A stretch of DNA of 64,000 bases from an uncultured Sphingobacteriaceae bacterium (lineage in GTDB: Bacteria; Bacteroidota; Bacteroidia; Sphingobacteriales; Sphingobacteriaceae), in NCBI GenBank assembly GCA_964643235.1, contig CAZXSL010000001.1, positions 209 to 64,208 of the forward strand, in the 5' to 3' direction. Position 1 is the stretch's first letter; every line of letters starts with the position of its first letter. Below, piece by piece: positions 55,803 through 64,000 of the stretch. The notes under the pieces were generated by a model. It was given only the letters and a program-made list of their open reading frames with translations, was not told the DNA's origin and did not search any database. Position numbers and translations under genes: made by a program.

Positions 55803-57677
55803 TTATTGGACGGGTACCATCACGTCATTGGTTTGGGCAAGCAATCGGGCGTTTTCCGCCAACGAAACGAACGCTGCACGGTAGCCTTCCCGGTCTTCGC
55901 CCTTGGCGGATCGTGCACGGGCAATCAGGCGCTCGTAATTGGCCTCCTGCCTGTACGGTGATCGGCGGAGCAACATGCCCAGTTCCGCCACGGCACTGGC
56001 AAAGCGGAAATCGTCGCTGGCTTGGTCCAAGTGGAGTGCTCGGTTGGAAACTACCGCTTGCTTCAACTTGCTTGCGTCGCCATCCGGTTCCTTATATCGG
56101 AATTTTACAGTGGCAAGTTCGTCCGAATGCTTGATGTTTGGCCTGGCGGTGGGCGTCTGGTATTTCAGCGGGTCCACGCTACCGATGAGGCTGCCCGTAG
56201 CGCCTATGGGCACGACTTCATACAAGGCGGTGACCACATGGCCCACGCCCATGTCGCCTCCTAGTTCGTGGTCGTTGGTAAAGTCTGCGGCCTCCAGCAT
56301 CCTGTTCTCATATCCGATTAAGCGGTATGCCTGCACGTGGGCGGGATTAAATTCAACTTGTACTTTAACATCCCTGGCGACGGTGAATAAAGTCCCGCCA
56401 AATTCGGTAACCATTGCCTTGCGGGCCTCGGAGATGTTGTCAATGTAGGCATAGTTACCATGCCCCTTGTTGGCCAGAAGCTCCAGTTTGCTGTCTTTGT
56501 AATTGCCCATGCCGAATCCGAACACCGACAGGCTGACGCCATCTTGCCTTTCCCGTTCGATGAGTCTCTCCATTTCGGTGTCGCTGGATGGCCCCACGTT
56601 GAAATCGCCATCCGAGGCGAGGATTACGCGGTTATTGGCCTTGGGTATGAAATGCTTGCGAGCCGTTTTATATGCTAGACCTATGCCTTGGCCACCCGCC
56701 GTAGAACCGCTCGCTTCGAGCTCGTCTATGGCGTCCTTTATTCGCGCTTTCTCCGTGGCGGGCGTACTGTCGAGTTTAAGCATCGCGGTGGATGCGTAGG
56801 TGACGATCGCCACGCGGTCCTGATCACGCAATTGATCAACGAGCATTTTCATCGCGGCCTTCACTAAGGGCAAACGATTGCTGCCCGCCATTGACCCCGA
56901 GACGTCAATGAGAAATACGAGGTTCGCCGCGGGTAACGCGTCCGCATCAACGGTCTTCGCTTTCAATCCAATACGGAGGAGCCTATGTTCCGGATTCCAC
57001 GGCGCCGCAGCCAGTTCAGTGTGGATGGCTACAGGTTCACGATCCCGAGGTGCCTGCAGATCATACTGGAAATAGTTGATCATCTCTTCGATGCGTACGG
57101 CGTCTGCGGGCGGGAGCTGTCCACCGTTGATGAAGCGGCGTACGTTGCTGTAGGAAGCGCCGTCAACATCCACTGCGAATGTCGATAAAGGTTCGTCATG
57201 GGGCGAGTAAAACTTGTTTTCCGCCAGGGACTGGTAGGATTCCGTGTTTTGCCCGGGGCGTAACGGAAAATAGGTCATCATCTGCAAGGATGGCTGTCCG
57301 GCATGCCGGACAGCGACCTGCGCCCTGTCTGATTGCGGCTGGGCATAGCCCAGCAAGACGATCTCGTCCAGTTCAGCAGCCGCGGGCACTAGTCGTATCG
57401 TGTACTGATTGTCTTGCGTTAACGGTACTTCGAGCGTTTCGAAACCTAAATATGTCACGACGAGTGCCTTATCCTGTTTTCGAATAGTCAAGGTGAACCG
57501 ACCTTGGGCATCCGTCGTCGTGGCGGCCGACCCGCCTTTAACGCTGACCGTGGCACCGGCTAGGGCCAAGTTGTCGTCTTCGTTGTATACGGTGCCGCTG
57601 ATTGTTCGTGTGTTGCTGTCATCCGGGCTACCCAGGCCTAAAATCAGCATCATTGCCATGCCTAAAATTTTCATCAT
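55803..57677 (-). CDS. von Willebrand factor type A protein (YfbK-like) with N-terminal CarboxypepD_reg-like domain
   Basis: ISGTVYNEDDN.LAGATVSVKG; vWA N-terminal module (STFAVDVDGASYSNVRRFI); MIDAS FLIDVSGSM; C-terminal DUF3520-like region. Confidence 0.85.
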   Translation of the reverse strand: MMKILGMAMMLILGLGSPDDSNTRTISGTVYNEDDNLALAGATVSVKGGSAATTTDAQGRFTLTIRKQDKALVVTYLGFETLEVPLTQDNQYTIRLVPAAAELDEIVLLGYAQPQSDRAQVAVRHAGQPSLQMMTYFPLRPGQNTESYQSLAENKFYSPHDEPLSTFAVDVDGASYSNVRRFINGGQLPPADAVRIEEMINYFQYDLQAPRDREPVAIHTELAAAPWNPEHRLLRIGLKAKTVDADALPAANLVFLIDVSGSMAGSNRLPLVKAAMKMLVDQLRDQDRVAIVTYASTAMLKLDSTPATEKARIKDAIDELEASGSTAGGQGIGLAYKTARKHFIPKANNRVILASDGDFNVGPSSDTEMERLIERERQDGVSLSVFGFGMGNYKDSKLELLANKGHGNYAYIDNISEARKAMVTEFGGTLFTVARDVKVQVEFNPAHVQAYRLIGYENRMLEAADFTNDHELGGDMGVGHVVTALYEVVPIGATGSLIGSVDPLKYQTPTARPNIKHSDELATVKFRYKEPDGDASKLKQAVVSNRALHLDQASDDFRFASAVAELGMLLRRSPYRQEANYERLIARARSAKGEDREGYRAAFVSLAENARLLAQTNDVMVPVQ

Positions 57678-57756
57678 CGTTCTTTTTTTGCCAAAGGATG
57701 CACGGGGATTAAAATTTCCATAACCCTAGAAAAAAAACTAATTTCACGCCACACAA

Positions 57757-58338
57757 ATGAAGGAAACCAGAACCATAGCCGCTCCCCATTCCGAACCGGA
57801 TGCAACCTTGCTCGAACGCTATGGCGAAACTGGAGACCTAGCCGTGTTAGGTGAGTTATATCAGCGACATGCCGAGATGGTGTACTACGTTTGCTATCGC
57901 TATCTCCAAGACGCGGAAGACAGCAAGGATGCGGTCATGCAGATTTTTGAGGAGTTAACGGTTAAAGTAAACAAACAGGAGATTCGCGAATTTGGGAGTT
58001 GGCTGTATGTGTTGAGTCGCAACCATTGCCTGATGCGCTTAAGGGCAACGAAAAACAAACAGCACATTTCCATCGAAGAGTTTGTGGAATTTCCTGCATT
58101 AGCGCATCAGGAAACAGACCCGATGGAAAAAGAATACGTGTTATCGGCTTTGGAGGAATGTATTGAGCGCTTGCCCGACCGGCAGAAGCAGAGTATTACG
58201 CTGTTTTTCTTGCGGGAGAAATGCTATAAAGAGGTATCAGCCATCACGGGATATGGAATGAAGGACGTGAAAAGTTATATCCAAAATGGCAAACGAAATT
58301 TGAAAATTTGCATGGAGGGGCATCGTGGAGAACGGTAA
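57757..58338 (+). CDS. ECF-type RNA polymerase sigma factor
   Basis: Region 2 (LGELYQRHAEMVYYVCYRYL..DAVMQIF..WLYVLSRNHCLMRLR) and region 4 (RQKQSITLFFLREKCYKEVSAITGYGMKDVKSYIQNGKRNL). Confidence 0.85.
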   Translation: MKETRTIAAPHSEPDATLLERYGETGDLAVLGELYQRHAEMVYYVCYRYLQDAEDSKDAVMQIFEELTVKVNKQEIREFGSWLYVLSRNHCLMRLRATKNKQHISIEEFVEFPALAHQETDPMEKEYVLSALEECIERLPDRQKQSITLFFLREKCYKEVSAITGYGMKDVKSYIQNGKRNLKICMEGHRGER

Positions 58339-59623
58339 ATACAATATCGAGCGGATTCGCAAATACCTTGCGGACGAGTTGAGCCCGCGGGAAATGTTCT
58401 TGCTGGAACGGCAGGCCGAGGATGATCCCGCTTTGAAGGATCTTATCGAAGGCATGGCGGCAGCTGGTAGCGCTCCTATTCACCGGGCAAATATCGATGC
58501 GATTAAAGCCGAGATCAATACCCGGTATGCCACTTCTGCTAAAGGGAAGACGCTTTCTTTCTCGTGGCGGAAATGGGCGGTTGCAGCGTCCATCGTGTTT
58601 GTTGCCGGCCTCGGGGCCCTTTTCCTGTGGTTCCCGTCATCCGATCCTCAGGTGGAACTTGCTGAGCAAGCAACGCCGCCCCGACGTGAAGCAGTCATAG
58701 CGGCCGATTCAGAGCCCGAACAGGAAAGTGTGATGGACGGACCTGCACCCGTGGCACCTGCCTCCAGTACTGCCGGTGCAGGGTCTGTGCCTTCCCGCGC
58801 AGTGGTACGACCGACTGCCGTGGCGTCGGACGAGGATCGGCTGGCGTCCACGGCTCCCCAAAAAGTATTGTCAGCGCTGAGCCAAGCCGACAGTCGCAAT
58901 AGCCTTGGTAAGGCTGAGCTACAGGTAGCTACGCCGGATGAAACCCCCGAAACGGTTCTGCTGGCGGGCCGCCTGGAAGCGGCTGATGCCAATAGTAAGC
59001 GACTGGCCATGGCTATCCGGAGCCTGCCTACCGATACGCTAGCGCGACCGCTGTATAGGACGGTGGCTGGAGTGGTGCGGGAACACGCGACCGGCAATCC
59101 CGTTGCAGGGGTGTCTGTCTACGGGGCCAACGGGGCGACGCATACTGCAATGGACGGCAAGTTTACCGTAACAGTACCGGCGGAGACAGATAGTCTGAAG
59201 GTCGTATCCCTCGGCTTCAAAGCGCAAGCCCTGGATGTCCGAAACCGGGACTCCGTGGTGGTTGAATTAGAACCGGCGGAAGCAGAATTGAGCGAAGTAG
59301 TCGTCGTCGGGTATCAACGTGCCGACGAACGATACGTCGAACGTGCTAATGACCTACCCGCCACGGACCAACCCAAACCGATCAGCGGGTGGGCTAATTT
59401 TGAACAGTACCTCGGACGGGAGACCGCTACTTCGTCGGGTAAGGGCACGGTCACGTTAAAATTCACGGTCGGGGATAAGGGTCAGCCAGTGAATCTGCAG
59501 CTAGAACATACAACCAATCCTGCTTTGGTAAAGCGCGCCATGGAGATTTTGCAGGCGGGCCCGAGGTGGGAACAGGGTCCGAAGGGGGAACGGTCCGCTA
59601 TCGTTTTGGTGGAATTTAGGTAA
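58325..59623 (+). CDS. Putative anti-sigma factor: N-terminal cytoplasmic segment, TM, Pro/Ala linker, CarboxypepD_reg-like and TonB_C-like domains
   Basis: GTG start overlapping the sigma gene by 14 nt. IRKYLADELSPRE..LERQAEDDPAL; TM WAVAASIVFVAGLGALFLWF; VAGVVRE..TGNPVAGVSVYG; C-terminal PISGWANFEQYL..VTLKFTV...G. Confidence 0.62.
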   Translation: MENGKYNIERIRKYLADELSPREMFLLERQAEDDPALKDLIEGMAAAGSAPIHRANIDAIKAEINTRYATSAKGKTLSFSWRKWAVAASIVFVAGLGALFLWFPSSDPQVELAEQATPPRREAVIAADSEPEQESVMDGPAPVAPASSTAGAGSVPSRAVVRPTAVASDEDRLASTAPQKVLSALSQADSRNSLGKAELQVATPDETPETVLLAGRLEAADANSKRLAMAIRSLPTDTLARPLYRTVAGVVREHATGNPVAGVSVYGANGATHTAMDGKFTVTVPAETDSLKVVSLGFKAQALDVRNRDSVVVELEPAEAELSEVVVVGYQRADERYVERANDLPATDQPKPISGWANFEQYLGRETATSSGKGTVTLKFTVGDKGQPVNLQLEHTTNPALVKRAMEILQAGPRWEQGPKGERSAIVLVEFR

Positions 59624-59669
59624 AGTACCCACATCCCGATATCTTACTGGGATTTTCTATCTTCGCTTT

Positions 59670-59963
59670 ATGTATTTGTATAACGTTTCAGTTATTGTGG
59701 AAGACGAGGAGAGCCAATCGGTACGCGAGCTGCTCATCGCCCAAATGGAAACCGCGCGGGATAGTGGACTGGCCGTAAGGTTGCTCAAACTGCTCGATTC
59801 ACCGCATGAGGGGGTTACCTACAGCCTGCAGTTAGAAGCAGCCGATTCAGAAACGGTGAACACCTTTCAGCGCGAACATTTGGCGATTTTGCAGGCGAAA
59901 ACCCACCAACATCACGAAGGGAAAGTCTTCTATTTCGACAGCCTTATGCAGACAATCTGCTGA
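59670..59963 (+). CDS. DUF4286-family protein
   Basis: MYLYNVSVIVED.. and ~97 aa size, typical of the family. Confidence 0.68.
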   Translation: MYLYNVSVIVEDEESQSVRELLIAQMETARDSGLAVRLLKLLDSPHEGVTYSLQLEAADSETVNTFQREHLAILQAKTHQHHEGKVFYFDSLMQTIC

Positions 59964-59968
59964 TCCGG

Positions 59969-60385
59969 TCAAACGTTCTTCCGTTCCTCATCAGTTAGCA
60001 GGGCTTCGTATTTGGGGTCGTATTTCACCTTGGGTGTGAGATAGTGAAGCAGTAATAAGCGCGAATACCGATAATTAAACGGGGCCAGTAGGAGGATGGT
60101 TGCCAGTACAACGCCGATGTAAATCCCGATGGACTCGCTCTTGGTGATTTGATAGGTGATAAAGATGAAGGCGAGTACTTCCAAAACCACCATTGCGTAG
60201 CTCACGTACATGGCCGCATAGAAATAACCCGGTTCAATCTGGAAGCGGAACCCGCAGTGGGGGCATAAAACACGTTCTTTATTGTTGCGAATGCTGTACG
60301 TGCGGCCCGTGTACATTTTGCCGATGCGGCATTTGGGGCATTTGCCGTTGACCAATGCGTTGAACTTCGGGGTACGCTTAGCCAT
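59969..60385 (-). CDS. DUF983 domain membrane protein (zinc-ribbon plus 2 TM)
   Basis: GKCPKCRIGKMY...CPHCGFRFQIEPGYFYAAMYVSY. ATG 60385. Confidence 0.75.
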   Translation of the reverse strand: MAKRTPKFNALVNGKCPKCRIGKMYTGRTYSIRNNKERVLCPHCGFRFQIEPGYFYAAMYVSYAMVVLEVLAFIFITYQITKSESIGIYIGVVLATILLLAPFNYRYSRLLLLHYLTPKVKYDPKYEALLTDEERKNV

Positions 60386-60423
60386 AGTTGCGAGGATGGG
60401 CAAGTCCGTTAGCCCGCTTGGTA

Positions 60424-60702
60424 CTAATTTAAGGGGATGGGATCGTCCTCAACCTTGACCGACTTTTTTGCCCGGAACTTGGTATACCACAAAATACCGA
60501 TTCCAGCCGTAGCCAAATAGGGGATAACCAGTAAGAACATAATACCTCTATTGAGACCCTTGCCTTGTTGGTTTCCGTTTTCAGTGGCGTTCTGCGCTGT
60601 TAAGGAGCACATAGCGCATTGAGCTGCCGCCCTATTGGGCACGGCTGTTGTCAACGCCATTGCCAACGTCAAAATTGCGACAAATCGAGATAACCTCTTC
60701 AT
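60424..60702 (-). CDS. Small exported/membrane-anchored protein with CxxC motif
   Basis: Signal peptide ..AVPNRAAAQ followed directly by CAMC; C-terminal TM GIMFLLVIPYLATAGIGILWY. ATG 60702. Confidence 0.45.
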   Translation of the reverse strand: MKRLSRFVAILTLAMALTTAVPNRAAAQCAMCSLTAQNATENGNQQGKGLNRGIMFLLVIPYLATAGIGILWYTKFRAKKSVKVEDDPIPLN

Positions 60703-60882
60703 GACAGCAAATTTAGGGTTTATTAGCAGCAATTACAATTATGAAGCCATTAATTTAAAAGCCTTTCTCCAATCGTGGTTTGCGGGCGATCCGCTACAAT
60801 TTTTGTTGCAACTCGATGCGTCCCTGTTTTCGCGATATTTTGCTAATTTAGCCCTCACTTACTCGATAAATCGCATTTCATT

Positions 60883-63012
60883 ATGAGGAGAACGACTGCA
60901 CTATTTGCCGCTCTTTTAGTCCTGTTCATCAGCCCCGTGCTGAGCCAGACCAAACGATTGAGCTTAGACCAATCCTTGGGACGGAGCGCATCCCTGACCA
61001 AGCCCATCAATTCGATCCGTGGATGGGCGGACGGTGACCATTATATCGAATACGACGTCCATGACGGACAGACTTATCAAGTGCATGTCAAAAGTGGAAA
61101 GCGTAGCCTGTACGTGCCGCCGCCTAGTAGTGATGTCGAGGTGGTGTCAAAAGACAAGGATTTGTACGTGCGCCAAGGTGATGCGCCGCTACGTCGACTG
61201 ACGCACTCTCCAGAGGTGGAGGAAATGAACCCGACCCTGTCGCCCGATAACGAATATGTCGCGTTTACGCGTGAACATGACCTGTACGCCGTTCGCTTAT
61301 CCGACGGGCACGAGATCCGTTATACCCATGACGCCACGGATGTCATTTACAACGGTTGGGCTTCATGGGTGTATTTTGAGGAGATTTTAGGCAGGGCCTC
61401 CCGCTATCGCGCATTTTGGTGGTCGCCCGACAGCAGGAAGCTTGCTTTCATGCGGTTTGACGACACCCGCGTGCCCATGTTCCCCATCTATGGTTCCGCC
61501 GGTCAACACGGCTACTTGGAGCAAACCCGCTATCCGAAAGCGGGCGATCCCAATCCGGAAGTTCGTGTCGGTTTTGTCCCTGTTGAAGGAGGAAGTGTCG
61601 TATGGGCCGACTTTAACGAAGAAGACGATCAATATTTCGGACAGCCGTATTGGGCCTACGACAGCAGCAACTTGATGGTGCAGTGGATGAACCGCGATCA
61701 AACCAACTTGAAATTCTACGAGGTAGATCCCGCCACCGGTACCAAAAAGGAAATATACGACGAATACCAAAAGGAGTGGATAGACCTGAGCCATAGCGGA
61801 CGTATTGAGTACCTGAAGGACAACAAACACTATATCCTGAAAAGTGACAAAAGCGGATGGGCCCATTTCTACCTCTACCGGCTAGACGGCACGTTGGTGA
61901 ATCCATTGACCGCTGGAAAATGGCAGGTCGTGTCGCTAGAGCATATTGATGAAAAAGCGAAGGTGGTGTTTTTTACAGCACGTAAAGAGCATTCGGCCAC
62001 GGTGGACCTGTATCGGGTTGACTATAGTGGCAAGAATCTGGCACGCTTGACGTTTGGCGATTTTACCCATCAAGTACAGGTGTCCCCCGGCGGAAAATAC
62101 TTCATTACGACGTATTCAAACGTGAGCACGCCTCCTCGGATTGCGCTGATCGATACCAAAGGCAAGTTTTTAAAGCAGCTAGCGGACAGCAAAGCGAACG
62201 ACTTCGATGATTATATCTACGCGAAAACGGAACTCTTCACGATTCCGACGCCTGACGGCTACGATCTGCCTGCGACCATCACCTGGCCGACTGATTTCGA
62301 TGAAACGAAGCCCTATCCCGTCATTTTCAGCATTTATGGTGGGCCGGATGCCGGTACAGTCCGAAATACGTGGAAGGGAACGTCTAACCAGCACTGGGCC
62401 AATGAAGGCATCATCCAAATCTCCGTAGACCACCGTGCATCCGGCCATTTCGGTAAGGAAGGTGTGGCGCTTATGCATCGGCAACTCGGATATTGGGAGA
62501 TGGAGGATTACATTACAGCGGCCAAATGGCTGAAAAGCAAGCCTTGGGTCGCGAAGGACAAGCTTTTGATTACGGGGCACAGTTATGGTGGATACATCAC
62601 GGCATTGGCGCTTACCAAGGGTGCCGATTACTTCGATTACGGTATTTCTGGCGCTCCTGTCACCAGCTGGGAGCTGTACGACACTCATTATACCGAGCGC
62701 TTTATGGATACGCCCCAAGACAACCCGGAAGGCTACAAAGCTGGATCCGTACTGACGTATGTAGACCAGTACAAGGGTGGGCTGCGTCTGATGCACGGGG
62801 ATATGGATGACAACGTGCACATGCAGAATACCATGCAGCTAGTCGATGCACTGACAGACCGAAACGTGCCCTTCGAGTTGATGATTTATCCGGGTAGTCG
62901 CCACGGCTGGAACCGGTCGAAGGTAGCGTATGACCAAGCGGAACGTACGCGGTTTTATTACCAGTACCTGCTCGGGAAGCCCGTGCCGGATGAACTGAAG
63001 GCGCATCAATAG
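60883..63012 (+). CDS. S9-family serine peptidase, dipeptidyl peptidase IV-like
   Basis: DPP IV N-terminal beta-propeller pattern (SPD..Y.AF....DLY.., WSPDS.KLAF.RFD), nucleophile elbow GHSYGGY, HGDMDDNVH. Confidence 0.92.
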   Translation: MRRTTALFAALLVLFISPVLSQTKRLSLDQSLGRSASLTKPINSIRGWADGDHYIEYDVHDGQTYQVHVKSGKRSLYVPPPSSDVEVVSKDKDLYVRQGDAPLRRLTHSPEVEEMNPTLSPDNEYVAFTREHDLYAVRLSDGHEIRYTHDATDVIYNGWASWVYFEEILGRASRYRAFWWSPDSRKLAFMRFDDTRVPMFPIYGSAGQHGYLEQTRYPKAGDPNPEVRVGFVPVEGGSVVWADFNEEDDQYFGQPYWAYDSSNLMVQWMNRDQTNLKFYEVDPATGTKKEIYDEYQKEWIDLSHSGRIEYLKDNKHYILKSDKSGWAHFYLYRLDGTLVNPLTAGKWQVVSLEHIDEKAKVVFFTARKEHSATVDLYRVDYSGKNLARLTFGDFTHQVQVSPGGKYFITTYSNVSTPPRIALIDTKGKFLKQLADSKANDFDDYIYAKTELFTIPTPDGYDLPATITWPTDFDETKPYPVIFSIYGGPDAGTVRNTWKGTSNQHWANEGIIQISVDHRASGHFGKEGVALMHRQLGYWEMEDYITAAKWLKSKPWVAKDKLLITGHSYGGYITALALTKGADYFDYGISGAPVTSWELYDTHYTERFMDTPQDNPEGYKAGSVLTYVDQYKGGLRLMHGDMDDNVHMQNTMQLVDALTDRNVPFELMIYPGSRHGWNRSKVAYDQAERTRFYYQYLLGKPVPDELKAHQ

Positions 63013-63042
63013 CGAAGAGGTAATATGCGATAAAACAAAAAA

Positions 63043-63060
63043 AACGGCGGCGACGCCGTT
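63043..63060. terminator. Intrinsic terminator after the DPP4-like gene (A/T tracts on both sides)
   Basis: AAAAAAAA-AACGGCG-gcga-CGCCGTT-TTTTTTG. Confidence 0.75.
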
Positions 63061-63117
63061 TTTTTGTTTCGGTGCATCTGCCCCTTCAACCCAGAGTCGG
63101 TCGGGCACATAAACGAA

Positions 63118-63143
63118 GAAATCCCGGTTGAGGCCGGGATTTC
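63118..63143 (-). terminator. Hairpin downstream of tRNA-Ala
   Basis: GAAATCCCGG-ttgagg-CCGGGATTTC; a 10-bp perfect stem 8 nt from the tRNA 3' end. Confidence 0.55.
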
Positions 63144-63150
63144 AGAGGGG

Positions 63151-63224
63151 TGGAGGATACCGGATTCGAACCGGTGACCTCTTGCCTGCCAGGCAAGCGC
63201 TCTAGCCAGCTGAGCTAAACCCCC
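63151..63224 (-). tRNA. tRNA-Ala (anticodon GGC)
   Basis: Reverse complement GGGGGTTTAGCTCAGCTGGCTAGAGCGCTTGCCTGGCAGGCAAGAGGTCACCGGTTCGAATCCGGTATCCTCCA folds as a cloverleaf. G3:U70 Ala identity pair; anticodon loop CUGGCAG. One U6-U67 mismatch. CCA is not encoded. Confidence 0.93.
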
Positions 63225-63328
63225 ATTTTCGGACTGCAAATATAGGATTTGAATTTGAATTAGGAAACGGTCGAGTCGAAATATTTTAAAAGCCCTCGTC
63301 TTCGGCAGTATGCCAGTATAAAGAGAAT

Positions 63329-64000
63329 TTAGGATTGGCGACGTCGCTTCTGATAGACTGCGCTTCCTAGGAAAAAAAGGCCGCCCACCAACGCCAGGTA
63401 GGCCAGGTAATCCCCATTTCGTGTGTAAAAGGTAGTATCTTCATTGAGATTAATTTCCTGGTTGAGCGATGCGGGCTCCCACCATGTTGTCTTTTGCACC
63501 ACATCGCCCCGTTGGTTGATGAATGCGGAAATCCCGGTATTGGCCGAACGGGCCACCCACCGACGGTTTTCGATCGCCCGTAGCTTCGCATAGGCCAAAT
63601 GTTGGTCCTTGCCCGAGGTGTTGCCCCACCAGCCATCATTCGTCACCACGGCAATGAACTGGGCACCTTGGCGGACGTATTCCGCAACATAATTTCCCCA
63701 AATGGATTCATAACAGATGGTGGGGGCCGCTCCGATGCCGCTTTGCGCGTAGAAGACCGATGGCTGTTCCTGGCTCCCGTAACTGCCCGTGGCCCCGCCG
63801 AACGCCTTGAAAAGTGGTCTCATAAAGGCGAGGGACTCGCCAAACGGCAACTTCTCTACGCCGGGGACCAACTTTGACTTGTGGTAAAACTGCAACCGGG
63901 CAGAGTTCTCGATCAGGACGGCAGCATTAAATCGATCGTAATACCAGCCGTTGAACTCCAGCGACGACATCCCCGTAGGCTCAGGGTACACCCGATAGCT
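63329..64000 (-). CDS. lnt: Apolipoprotein N-acyltransferase (C-terminal CN-hydrolase part; 5' end outside window)
   Basis: YHKSKLVPGVE..P...., ICYESIW (catalytic Cys), VTNDGWWGNTSG..QH...A.LRAIENRR...RSANTGISA. Confidence 0.85.
   Translation of the reverse strand, partial: SYRVYPEPTGMSSLEFNGWYYDRFNAAVLIENSARLQFYHKSKLVPGVEKLPFGESLAFMRPLFKAFGGATGSYGSQEQPSVFYAQSGIGAAPTICYESIWGNYVAEYVRQGAQFIAVVTNDGWWGNTSGKDQHLAYAKLRAIENRRWVARSANTGISAFINQRGDVVQKTTWWEPASLNQEINLNEDTTFYTRNGDYLAYLALVGGLFFLGSAVYQKRRRQS

Noticed and set aside
55638-55805. The vWA gene's TAA is followed immediately by an in-frame ATG and 55 open codons running into the DUF4256 start. This hints at stop-codon read-through or an ancestral fusion.
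   Set aside because: The open stretch contains a perfect 9-bp hairpin plus T-tract (terminator, 55763-55792) and a TACATTTG promoter box (55708-55715). The encoded peptide is low-complexity. Independent transcription of DUF4256 is the simpler reading.
63006-63239. 77-aa ORF on the minus strand.
   Set aside because: It is fully explained by tRNA-Ala (63151-63224) and its flanking hairpins.
63118-63328. tRNA-Ala as a possible integration hotspot or island boundary.
   Set aside because: No integrase, no direct repeat of the tRNA 3' end and no compositional break are visible on either side. The neighbours are lnt and a DPP4-type peptidase.
1-64000. Search for CRISPR arrays, tandem DNA repeats, rRNA, prophage or defence-island signatures.
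   Set aside because: No spaced direct repeats, rRNA-like segments, phage structural genes, or nuclease/methylase/ATPase defence-type genes were seen. The only repetitive DNA is the codon-level DS[LI] repeat inside the OstA-like gene.

Overview
64-kb chromosomal segment that looks like a Bacteroidota genome of the Cytophagia/Chitinophagia type. Evidence for this: a SusC/SusD pair, gldC, DUF4834/DUF4286/DUF983-type genes, TAnnTTTG -7 promoter boxes and no obvious Shine-Dalgarno sites. GC is roughly 50-55% by eye. I call 65 protein-coding genes (two cut by the window edges), one tRNA-Ala(GGC), one short SDR gene remnant, nine hairpin terminators and a set of candidate -7 promoter boxes. Most genes are housekeeping: ruvB, glyA, rdgB, tilS, recF, cysS, gnd, the ileS-dksA-lspA operon, lnt, a DEAD-box helicase and a DPP4-type peptidase. 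I found no transposase, integrase, CRISPR array, restriction-modification, toxin-antitoxin or recognisable defence genes. The most unusual items: (1) an orphan CheY-like receiver translationally coupled to a phosphoglycosyl transferase that carries its own degenerate receiver domain, with a sharp intragenic GC shift; (2) a UDG-fold-like protein with degenerate catalytic motifs, start/stop-coupled to rdgB; (3) a TAT-hitchhiker two-subunit GMC dehydrogenase next to a SusC/SusD pair with no glycoside hydrolase or regulator; (4) a complete class Ib nrdHIEF operon behind a 480-bp palindrome-containing control region; (5) an ECF sigma / anti-sigma / vWA / DUF4256 neighbourhood. All functional calls rest on motifs recognised by eye from the ORF translations. 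No database search was run, so family names are recollection-based and start codons are best guesses.
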